Part shown: positions 50,650 through 58,506 of the stretch, piece after piece | Layout: every line of letters begins with the position of its first letter | Numbering within the stretch: position 1 is the stretch's first letter | DNA from: an uncultured Acidobacteriota bacterium | GTDB lineage: Bacteria > Acidobacteriota > Thermoanaerobaculia > UBA5066 | Direction of reading: 5' to 3' | DNA length: 64,000 nt | Assembly (NCBI GenBank): GCA_963779415.1 | Contig: CAVZYA010000001.1 | Span: forward strand, 256,001-320,000 | The notes under the pieces: generated by a model | What the model saw: only the letters and a program-made list of their open reading frames with translations | Database searches by the model: none | What the model was told of the DNA's origin: nothing | Translations under genes and position numbers: made by a program

Positions 50650-50853
50650 CTACTTGCTGATGGCCTTACCGATATTCGTAAAGACCTTGCCGACTTTGTC
50701 GTACGCCTTGCTGAGCCCCTCCTCGACCGCACCCTGGGCGCGTTGAAGGGAACCCTCATGCTCCATCTTCTTGTTGCCGGAGAGGATCCCGACGGCCTCT
50801 TTCACCTTCCCCTTGGCTTTCTTCACTTTTCCGCTGACTTCCTGCTTTCTCAT
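50650..50853 (-). CDS. csbD: CsbD-family stress protein
   Basis: VSGKVKKAKGKVKEAVGILSGNKKMEHEG; AAGGAG RBS. Confidence 0.9.
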   Translation of the reverse strand: MRKQEVSGKVKKAKGKVKEAVGILSGNKKMEHEGSLQRAQGAVEEGLSKAYDKVGKVFTNIGKAISK

Positions 50854-50884
50854 GGGTTCTCCTTTCCGTTCCGCCAGAGAGAAC

Positions 50885-50900
50885 TGCACGTGGCATGCCA
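50885..50900 (-). promoter_or_regulatory. sigma54 promoter (csbD)
   Basis: TGGCATGCCACGTGCA. Confidence 0.75.
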
Positions 50901-50922
50901 TGCGTAGCACTCTTTCCCTCAC

Positions 50923-50938
50923 CGGCACGGGAGTTGCG
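50923..50938 (+). promoter_or_regulatory. sigma54 promoter (DUF883 copy 2)
   Basis: CGGCACGGGAGTTGCG. Confidence 0.8.
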
Positions 50939-50964
50939 TGGCCTCACCCGCACAAGGAGGCACC

Positions 50965-51249
50965 ATGGACAGCACCAGAACCCAGACCCCGCCTCGCGCA
51001 CGAGAAGCCGACATCGCCGGAGCGAAGGCTCACCTGAAGGAAAGCTGGGAACACGGGAGGGAGGCGGCTCACGGTGCTCAGCGGATTGCGCGGGAGAGCT
51101 GGAACGACCTCTACCGGAATGTCGATGAGTACGTCGAGTCCCGTCCGAAGACGGTCGCGCTCTGGGCGCTCGGCGCAGGCCTGGCGGTGGGTTTCCTCAC
51201 CGGCCTCCTCGTGAGCCGCGGCGTTCGCTCTCCATCCGAAGCGGCCTGA
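50965..51249 (+). CDS. DUF883/ElaB-YqjD-like protein (copy 2)
   Basis: HLKESWEHGREA...VDEYVESRPKTVALWALGAGLAVGFL; paralog of 21047-21319. Confidence 0.85.
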   Translation: MDSTRTQTPPRAREADIAGAKAHLKESWEHGREAAHGAQRIARESWNDLYRNVDEYVESRPKTVALWALGAGLAVGFLTGLLVSRGVRSPSEAA

Positions 51250-51271
51250 TCCGCGGGGACCGCAGAGCGGC

Positions 51272-51287
51272 TGGCACGGCTCCTGCG
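51272..51287 (+). promoter_or_regulatory. sigma54 promoter
   Basis: TGGCACGGCTCCTGCG. Confidence 0.75.
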
Positions 51288-51311
51288 GGCACGAAACAGG
51301 AGATGACCGAC

Positions 51312-51746
51312 ATGATTAATCGCAAACTCGCCGTACTGTCCTCCGCCGGGTTCCTCGCGATAGCGACGGCCTGTGGCCCATCGCCCGACACCACCGTGAA
51401 GAAGTCGGAGTCGACGACTCAGACATCGGAGGGAACCGTCAAGACCGCCACAGAGAGCAAGCAGGTCGGGACGACTCTCGAAGCGAAGAAAGAGACGACG
51501 GCCGAAACGACGGCCGGCACCGTCAAGGCGACGACCGAGACGACCGTCGGAACGGTCACCGCTTTCACGGCCGGCAAGAAGATCGAAGTGATGACCGGCG
51601 AGAAGAAGATGCACTCGTTCAGCCTCGACGACAAGAACATCGTCTATTCCATCGACCACGCGGTGGCCGTGGGCCAGCGCGTCACGGTGACCGACGAGAC
51701 CGGTACCGACAAGGTCCGTCACATTACCGTGAAGCCGTCGGCGTAA
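51312..51746 (+). CDS. Thr-rich lipoprotein
   Basis: Lipobox-like IATAC; Thr/Glu-rich repeats; AGGAG RBS spacing favours ATG 51312 over 51303. Confidence 0.8.
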   Translation: MINRKLAVLSSAGFLAIATACGPSPDTTVKKSESTTQTSEGTVKTATESKQVGTTLEAKKETTAETTAGTVKATTETTVGTVTAFTAGKKIEVMTGEKKMHSFSLDDKNIVYSIDHAVAVGQRVTVTDETGTDKVRHITVKPSA

Positions 51747-51863
51747 TCGACCGGTACCGCGCGCGTCCGCGCTTGCCGGGGTCCCGGCGAGCGCCGGCGT
51801 CCGGGCGTGGTGATGGGTTTCCTTGCCAGCGTCCTCGCGAGCCGTGCCGTCCGCCTCGAGACT

Positions 51864-51897
51864 TGAAAAACCTGCGATCAGTCGTGAAGAAGTTTCA
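51864..51897. promoter_or_regulatory. Candidate bEBP enhancer pair in a convergent intergenic region
   Basis: TGAAAAACCTGCG at 51864 and palindromic TGAAGAAGTTTCA at 51885, 21 bp apart. Confidence 0.45.
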
Positions 51898-51904
51898 AGG
51901 GCGC

Positions 51905-53287
51905 CTACGGCTCGAGCTGGTAATCCCTGAGCTTGTTGTAGATCGTCTTCAGGCTGACGCCGAGAATCTCGGCCGCCACGCGCTTGTCCCCCTTGACGGC
52001 GAGAAGTGTCGCCGTGAGGACTTTCTTCTCGACGGCCTGCAGGGTGTCGCCGACGCGGACGGGGACCGCGGGCCAGGCCTCCTCGTCCCCCGCGACCGGG
52101 CGGATCTCGGCGGAGCCCGAGTCCGTGAGGACCGCCTCCGCCGCCTCGGCCTGGATGGCGGGCGGGTCGCTCAGGACGTACGCGCGATGAACGGCGTTCT
52201 TCAGCTCGCGCACGTTCCCGGGCCAATCGTGACCGGTGAGCGCCCCGAGCGCCGCCCCTTCGAAGGAATTGAAGCCACGCCGCTCCTTCTCCTCGATCTG
52301 CGAGAGGAAGTGAGACGCCAGCAGGGGAATGTCCTCTTTCCGCTCCCGGAGGGGCGGGAGGCGAAGAGGAAAGACGTTGAGCCGATAGAAGAGATCGGCC
52401 CGGAACGTCTCTTTGCGTACCGCTTCGGCGAGGTCCCGGTTGGAGCTCGCCACGAGCCGGATGTCCATGTCCAGCTCTTCGCTCCCGCCCACGCGCCGGA
52501 AGGTGCGGGTCTCGAGAACGCGGAGGAACTTCACCTGGAGGTCCGGCGGCATCTCCGTCACCTCGTCGAGGAAGAGCGTCCCCCCGTGGGCCATCTCGAA
52601 GGTCCCGGCGCGGCGCCGGTCGGCACCGGTGAACGCCCCCTTCTCGTGTCCGAAAAGCTCGCTCTCGACGAGAGTCGGCGAGATCGCCCCGCAGTTGACG
52701 GCGATGAACGGCTGTTTCGCGCGACGAGACAGGAGATGGACGGTCGAGGCCGCGACTTCTTTCCCGGACCCGCTCTCCCCGGTGATCATCACGGGCGCAT
52801 TCGAACGGGCCACCCGGGTCAGGAGACGGAAGACCTCCAGCATCGGGGCGGAGCGGCCGACCATCCCGGCAAGGCCTCCGGCCACGGCGGGATCGGGGAG
52901 CGGGGCAGGGAGGAGAGCGCGCGCCTCGTCGTGCCGTTCCGAGAGCTGTGAGAGCGCTGTCGCGAGCTGGGCTGTCTTGAGAGGCTTCAGGAGGAAGTCG
53001 TGGGCGCCCGCCTTCATCGCTTCGACGGCCGACCGGATCGAGCCCTTGCCGGTCAGGACGAGGACGTCGCATTCGCGCCCTGCGGCCTTCGCGGCGCGGA
53101 CGACGTCGAGGCCGTCCCCGTCCGGGAGCCCGAGATCGGTGATGCAGACGTCCGGCACGCTCCGGGCGATTGCCGCTCCGGCCTCGGCGACGGAGTCCGC
53201 GGAGGAGGCTTCGTACCCCAGCTCTTTGACCAGCTCGACGAGCGCCTCGCGCGAGCCGGGCTCGTCTTCGACGACGAGGACGTTCAT
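51905..53287 (-). CDS. sigma54-dependent response regulator (REC-AAA+-Fis HTH, NtrC/AtoC family)
   Basis: VVEDE...TDLGLPD REC; GESGSGKE; GHEKGAFTGA; FLDEV; DLFYRLNVF; WPGNVREL; AAEILGVSLKTIYNKL. Confidence 0.96.
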   Translation of the reverse strand: MNVLVVEDEPGSREALVELVKELGYEASSADSVAEAGAAIARSVPDVCITDLGLPDGDGLDVVRAAKAAGRECDVLVLTGKGSIRSAVEAMKAGAHDFLLKPLKTAQLATALSQLSERHDEARALLPAPLPDPAVAGGLAGMVGRSAPMLEVFRLLTRVARSNAPVMITGESGSGKEVAASTVHLLSRRAKQPFIAVNCGAISPTLVESELFGHEKGAFTGADRRRAGTFEMAHGGTLFLDEVTEMPPDLQVKFLRVLETRTFRRVGGSEELDMDIRLVASSNRDLAEAVRKETFRADLFYRLNVFPLRLPPLRERKEDIPLLASHFLSQIEEKERRGFNSFEGAALGALTGHDWPGNVRELKNAVHRAYVLSDPPAIQAEAAEAVLTDSGSAEIRPVAGDEEAWPAVPVRVGDTLQAVEKKVLTATLLAVKGDKRVAAEILGVSLKTIYNKLRDYQLEP

Positions 53288-53949
53288 CCCGATGCTCCTG
53301 TCTCGGCCGCAGGCACCGGCCGCGGCCAGGAGAGAAGCGCGACGATTCCCCCCTCCGGCCCGGCGAGCTGGAGGCATCCCCCGTCGGATTCGATGCACGC
53401 GCGGGCTACGAAGAGATCCTCGGCGCGCTCGTCGCCGCGCGGCAGTTGGAAGAGCCGCTCGGGATTCGCCGTGACGCTCCCGCCGAGGGCCTCCATCCGG
53501 AGGGAGACCCTTCCGGGGGCGGCTCCCGCGCTTGCCCGCGGCAGCGTCCCCGAAGATTCGGGTGACCGGAGGAACGACACCACGATCCGCAGGGCGTCGA
53601 TGGTCGCGAGACGCTTGAGGAGAAGGGGTTTACGGGACGCCGAATCCTCCTCGAGGGAGATCCCTGCGGCTCGGCAGAGATCGCCGATCGACGTCTCCGA
53701 GGGCGCCTCTCCGACAATGCTCGCGAGACGCGGCAGGAGGTCGATGAGCCGGCCGGCGGCGGCGAGGTCGCCCTTCGCGCCGCGGAGGCGGTCCGCCAGC
53801 GGCGTTCCTTCGGATGGAATCGCCGCGAGGCGACGCTCGAGGAGTTCCAGCTTCAGCCCCGCTGCCGACAGAGGGTCGGCAAGGGCATGACGGAGCGTTC
53901 CGAGCGCAGCCGCCAGTCCGCCCGGCAGGTCAGGCGCAAGCACTTCCAT
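53284..53949 (-). CDS. Histidine-kinase-like protein with intact H-box and degenerate ATP-binding domain (ChpT-like phosphotransferase candidate)
   Basis: LRHALADPLSAAGLKLELL H-box; N and G boxes unrecognisable; ATGA overlap with the bEBP gene; start uncertain. Confidence 0.65.
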   Translation of the reverse strand: MEVLAPDLPGGLAAALGTLRHALADPLSAAGLKLELLERRLAAIPSEGTPLADRLRGAKGDLAAAGRLIDLLPRLASIVGEAPSETSIGDLCRAAGISLEEDSASRKPLLLKRLATIDALRIVVSFLRSPESSGTLPRASAGAAPGRVSLRMEALGGSVTANPERLFQLPRGDERAEDLFVARACIESDGGCLQLAGPEGGIVALLSWPRPVPAAETGASG

Positions 53950-54013
53950 CACTTTTTCTCGAAACGAAGCATCGACCCTTCGAAGGCGATCGTCAACAGA
54001 GGGGTTCTCGAGG

Positions 54014-54029
54014 TGGCACGCCTCGTGCG
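54014..54029 (+). promoter_or_regulatory. sigma54 promoter
   Basis: TGGCACGCCTCGTGCG. Confidence 0.75.
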
Positions 54030-54097
54030 TTCGAATGGCTCGAGAGGGACCCCTTGAGAGCTTCATCGATTCAACCGCAGAACTCGGGAGAGAGGGG

Positions 54098-54538
54098 ATG
54101 AACGACCACCTGGACGTGCGCCCCCCTGTGGACGGGACCCACGGTCTCAACGCACTCCTCAGGGGCGAGCTCGCCGCGGTCAACGCCTACCAACGCGCGC
54201 TCCGGACGGCCGAGGGCCGCATCCCCGTGGACGCCGCGGAGATTCTCCGTTTCGCCTCGGAGCACCAGAGGACGGTGGCGGCGCTGCAGGTTGCCGTCCG
54301 GGAGATGGGCGGCGTACCGGCGAGCGAGAAGGGAACGTGGGGAGCCTTCGCGCTCCTCCGCGACACGGCTTCGGTCCGCGAGCTTCTCGAAGGAGAGGAA
54401 GCGGGCCTCCTGATGTACGAGGCGGCGAACGGGATCCTCGAGGGCGACGCCCGCGATCTGGTGACGCTCGAGCTGATCCCGCGGCAACGCAAGCACATCG
54501 CCGAGCTCTCGGCGATCATCTCGCGGCTCTCGGCGTGA
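54098..54538 (+). CDS. Ferritin-like (DUF2383-like) protein (copy 2)
   Basis: LNALLRGELAAVNAY...SEHQR...LEGEEAGLLMYE...QRKH; paralog of 48997-49425. Confidence 0.8.
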   Translation: MNDHLDVRPPVDGTHGLNALLRGELAAVNAYQRALRTAEGRIPVDAAEILRFASEHQRTVAALQVAVREMGGVPASEKGTWGAFALLRDTASVRELLEGEEAGLLMYEAANGILEGDARDLVTLELIPRQRKHIAELSAIISRLSA

Positions 54539-54550
54539 ATACCCGGAGGA

Positions 54551-56452
54551 TCAGAGTTCCGTCTGGACGCCCAGCTCCACGACCCGACCCGGAGGCAGCC
54601 TGAAGAAACTGCTGGCGCTGGTCGCGTTCTTCATCATCGACGCGAAGACCCTCTGCCGCCACAACGCCATGCCGCGCGCGCGCCGGGTGAAGATCAGACG
54701 GTGGACGCCGATGATGTACGTCGTATCCATGGGATCGAGCCGCTTCAACTTCTCGTCCGTGATGCGCTCGAGCAGTGCCGGTATGTCCACGTGCTCCATG
54801 TAGCCATAACGGCCGACGACGCGGAACAGCCCCTCGCCGAGCGGTTCGACGCTCACGCGTCCGTGCTCACCGACCCGCGAGATCTCGTCCGCCACCACGG
54901 TCAGGATCAGGACCTGCTCGTGGAGCACCTTGTAGTGCTTCAGGCTGTGGAGCAGCGAGTTGGGGACGTGCCCGCTCAGGTGGCTCAGGAAGACCGCGGT
55001 GCCGGGAACGCGGACCGGCGCGTGCCTCTCCAGGGACTCCACGAAGCGTTTCGACGTCAGTGACCCCTCCCGCAATTTCTGGTACAGGATCTGACGGCCG
55101 CGGCGCCACGTCGTCATCAGCGTGAAGACGATGGCGGCGATCGCGAGCGGGAACCATCCGCCGTCGGCGACCTTGAACATGTTCGCGCCGAAGAAGGCGA
55201 GGTCGACGACGAGGAAGGCCGCGGTCACCACTCCGGCGGTGAGCCCGCTCCAGCCGAGGAGATCGCGCGAGACGAAGTACGCGAGGATCGTCGTGATCAC
55301 CATCGTCGTCGAGACGGCGACCCCGTACGCCGCCGCGAGGTTCGTGGACGTGCGGAAGCCGAGCACGAGCGCGATCGTCGCGACCATGACGGCACGGTTC
55401 ACCGCCGGCAGGTAGATCTGTCCCATCGAGGTGCGCGATGTGTGGACGACCTCCATCCGGGGCAGGTACCCGAGCTGAATGGCCTGCCACGTGAGAGAGA
55501 AGACCCCCGAGATGATGGCCTGGGAGGCGATGACGGTCGCCATCGCGGCAAGTGCGACGAGCGGCAGGAGAGCCCAGCCCGGCGCGAGGAGATAGAAGGG
55601 GTGAAGCGCCGCTTCGGGATTCCGGATCAGGAGGGCCCCCTGCCCGAAGTAGTTGAGCAGAAGGGAAGGCCCGACGACGAAGAACCAGTCGATCTGGATC
55701 GGACGCTCCCCGAAGTGGCCGAGGTCCGCGTAGAGAGCCTCGCCTCCGGTAGTCGCCAGGAACACGGCGCCGAGGACGAGAAACGCATGGGAACCGTTCC
55801 TCGTGAAGAACCGGATCGCGTGCTGCGGGTTCATCGCCGAGAGGACGGAGGGCTCCCAGAGGATCCCGCGGACTCCGAGCACGGCGATCGTGGCGAACCA
55901 GACGAGGACGACGGGCCCGAACACCGAGCCGACGCCCGCCGTCCCCCGGCGCTGGAACAGGAACAGCAGGATGAGGATCGCGATCGTGATCGGCAGGATG
56001 TATGGCTTGAAGAACGGGGTCGCGACCTCGAGGCCCTCGATCGCGCTCAGAACCGAGATCGCGGGCGTGATCATGCCGTCGCCGTAGAGCAGCGCGGCCC
56101 CGAAGACGCCGAGCACGACGAGCGTCGCGCGAAGGCCGGGCCGCTGCGCCCGAATGCCCCGGGCCAGGCCCATCAGGGCCAGAATCCCGCCCTCGCCCCG
56201 GTTGTGGAAGCCGAGGATGTAGACGTGGTACTTGAGCGTGACGACGATGATCAGGGACCAGAAGATCAGGGAGAGGATCCCGAGCACGTTGGCGTGGCTG
56301 GGCGCCACGCGGTGCAAGCCGTGGAAGCATTCGCGAAGCGCATACAGCGGGCTCGTGCCGATGTCGCCGTAGACGATCCCGATCGCGAGCAGGACCAGCG
56401 AGACGAGGTGCCGGCCCCCGGGTGGTTTGGGCTTCGCCGGGTGGGTCTTCAT
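54551..56452 (-). CDS. kup: Potassium uptake protein KUP/HAK/KT
   Basis: GIVYGDIGTSPLY, GDGMITPAISVLSAIEG, EALYADLGHF, VVELG. Confidence 0.97.
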   Translation of the reverse strand: MKTHPAKPKPPGGRHLVSLVLLAIGIVYGDIGTSPLYALRECFHGLHRVAPSHANVLGILSLIFWSLIIVVTLKYHVYILGFHNRGEGGILALMGLARGIRAQRPGLRATLVVLGVFGAALLYGDGMITPAISVLSAIEGLEVATPFFKPYILPITIAILILLFLFQRRGTAGVGSVFGPVVLVWFATIAVLGVRGILWEPSVLSAMNPQHAIRFFTRNGSHAFLVLGAVFLATTGGEALYADLGHFGERPIQIDWFFVVGPSLLLNYFGQGALLIRNPEAALHPFYLLAPGWALLPLVALAAMATVIASQAIISGVFSLTWQAIQLGYLPRMEVVHTSRTSMGQIYLPAVNRAVMVATIALVLGFRTSTNLAAAYGVAVSTTMVITTILAYFVSRDLLGWSGLTAGVVTAAFLVVDLAFFGANMFKVADGGWFPLAIAAIVFTLMTTWRRGRQILYQKLREGSLTSKRFVESLERHAPVRVPGTAVFLSHLSGHVPNSLLHSLKHYKVLHEQVLILTVVADEISRVGEHGRVSVEPLGEGLFRVVGRYGYMEHVDIPALLERITDEKLKRLDPMDTTYIIGVHRLIFTRRARGMALWRQRVFASMMKNATSASSFFRLPPGRVVELGVQTEL

Positions 56453-56604
56453 CTGCGCGAGATCGCCTCTTCCTGCGGCCGAAAAAGGTTATCACCCGCG
56501 CGCCACGTGCCCCGCGGCCTCCCGACGGCGACGTGACGCCGGTCGAAATGAACCGGCGGATGGCGGAGAATCGACGCCGGAACGGGGGGCGAGGAGGGAA
56601 GGCG

Positions 56605-57876
56605 ATGTCGTTTTCCGGGAGGCTCGAGAAGGTCCTTTCCCTGCGGGACGCTCTTCGGGAAAGGCGGGCCGCGATGGTCTTCCACGCGGCCCGGAGCCTG
56701 GCGTTCACCGTGAAGGACAGCGAGCGGGAGGTCGACGTCACGATCGACCGGCTCGGGATGTTCCCGGAAGCGGCGACGCTCCTTTCGGCCCGCGTCCCGC
56801 TGCGAGGCCCGGAGAGCCGCGTGGCCCTGATGCTCGCCTACAACGGGAGCTCGTGGCTCTCGACGGCGATCACCTCGATCTACCTCGTCGGAAACCACGT
56901 CGACGTGAAGTTCTCCTCGAAGGGGACCGACGTCATGCGCCTCACGGAGGAGATGTACCGTCCGGTCTTCGGGGACGCGATCTCCTTCTACGGGGGGAGC
57001 GGACGGAGCTTCCTCGAGTACGCCCTCCGGGACCCGCGCGTCTCCGCGGCCGTCGTCTTCGGGTTCGACGAGAACATCCTTCCGTACGAGGAGGAGTTCC
57101 GGGCGGCGGGGAAGACCCTCGTCTTCGAGGGACCGGGGCAGGACCCGTTCATCGTCTTTCCGGACGCCGACCTCTCCCTGGCCCTCTCCGACCTCTCCGC
57201 CGCGAAGTTCATGTACGCGGGGCAGACCTGCACGGCGCCGAAGAGGATCTTCGTCCACCGCGCGATCTACGACGAGTTCCTCGACCGGTTCGAGGAGAGG
57301 GTCCGTCGCCTCGTCGTGGGCGACCCGTCGGACCCGCGAACCGACATCGGCCCGGTGGCGAGCGACCTCGCGGTCCGTCGCATCGCGGCGCAGCTCGAGG
57401 ACGCGAGGGAACGCGGAGCGAGGATCACCGTCGGGGGCCGGATCGAGGGGAACCTCGTCCTTCCCACCGTCGTCCGCGGAGCGACCGACGACTTTCTCGG
57501 GATGCGCGAGGAGGTCTTCGGCCCCGTCGCGTTCACGACCCCGTTCGACACCGAGGAGGAGGTCGTCCGCCGGGCGCGAAACCACAAGTACGGCCTGCGC
57601 GCCTCGGTCTTCGGCGGCGAGGCCGCCACCCGCACCGCCGCCGCCCTGAAGGGCGAGGACTATTGCCACCCGGTTCCCGGCTTCACGTTCGGCCGGTTCG
57701 GGACCGTGGGCCTCAACCAGAGCCGCGCCGAGACCTGGCGCGGGGCGTTCGTGACGAAGGCGGTCGGCGGCTACGGCTACTCGGGCTGGATCTGGGAGAC
57801 GGCCGACGGCCGGTTCCGCCTCAAGCAGGGCCCGAAGCTCCTCAGCCTCGAGACGTCCCGCCCGGCCGGCGCCTGA
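56605..57876 (+). CDS. Aldehyde dehydrogenase family protein (divergent)
   Basis: FEGPGQDP, AGQTCTAPKR (catalytic Cys), EEVFGPV, YGLRASVF. Confidence 0.88.
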   Translation: MSFSGRLEKVLSLRDALRERRAAMVFHAARSLAFTVKDSEREVDVTIDRLGMFPEAATLLSARVPLRGPESRVALMLAYNGSSWLSTAITSIYLVGNHVDVKFSSKGTDVMRLTEEMYRPVFGDAISFYGGSGRSFLEYALRDPRVSAAVVFGFDENILPYEEEFRAAGKTLVFEGPGQDPFIVFPDADLSLALSDLSAAKFMYAGQTCTAPKRIFVHRAIYDEFLDRFEERVRRLVVGDPSDPRTDIGPVASDLAVRRIAAQLEDARERGARITVGGRIEGNLVLPTVVRGATDDFLGMREEVFGPVAFTTPFDTEEEVVRRARNHKYGLRASVFGGEAATRTAAALKGEDYCHPVPGFTFGRFGTVGLNQSRAETWRGAFVTKAVGGYGYSGWIWETADGRFRLKQGPKLLSLETSRPAGA

Positions 57877-58028
57877 CCCGCGCCTCCGGCGGAAATACGC
57901 TCCTCGCCGGCGGGAGCCTCGGGGAATCCTTCGTCCCCTTCCGCGAAACCTTCTTCAGGATGCGGCATCTGAGAAGTTGTCGCAAGTTGACGCCGGGACC
58001 GGATGGTTCGGGCCGGCCGAAAGAAAGA

Positions 58029-58045
58029 GACAGGTCAGACCTGTC
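58029..58045. promoter_or_regulatory. Perfect 8-1-8 palindrome (candidate operator) upstream of the MNIO precursor
   Basis: GACAGGTC-A-GACCTGTC a few nt before the AAGGAG RBS. Confidence 0.55.
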
Positions 58046-58060
58046 AAAGAAGGAGACGAA

Positions 58061-58436
58061 ATGAAGAAGAACCGCCCGCCAAACGCCTACCTCTCCGCCG
58101 CCGTCGCCGGCTTGATCGCAGGATCGGCCCTCGCGGCGAGCGCCGCGCCGACCCCGCAGGGGAGCCCCGAGCCGACGAAGACGCCTGCCGCGTCGCAGAC
58201 GGACAAGAACTCCTGCAGCGGGCCCAACGGCTGCAGCGGCAAGAAGACGTCCGACAAGAAGGCCGGGACGTCCGACGCCGACAAGCACGCCTGCAAGGGC
58301 CAGAACTCCTGCAAGGGGAAGGGGGGCTGCAAGACCGACAAGAACGCCTGCAAGGGCCAGAACGCCTGCAAGGGACAGGGGCGGCTGCGCCACCGACGGG
58401 AAGGCTCACCCCAAGCCGACCGAGAAGGCTGGCTGA
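58061..58436 (+). CDS. Cys-rich secreted RiPP precursor (bufferin BufA2-like), with apparent +1 frameshift at about 58378-58381
   Basis: Signal peptide; SCSGPNGC, HACKGQNSCKGKGGC, NACKGQNACKGQG; removing one G from CAGGGGCGGC restores GGCATDGKAHPKPTEKAG* (TGA at 58434). Confidence 0.85.
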
Positions 58437-58506
58437 CGCTCCGAGACCGGACGGCCCCGGCCGCGCTGCGGCCGGGGCTGCCTCATCTGAAGGGAGGAAG
58501 TCGCCC

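Noticed and set aside
8100-56500. Active mobile element, prophage or ICE
   Set aside because: No integrase, transposase, phage or conjugation genes, and I found no matching right-hand att site.
58434-58436. Selenocysteine readthrough of the precursor TGA
   Set aside because: The TGA does not align with a Cys position of the repeat and I could not recognise a SECIS-like element.
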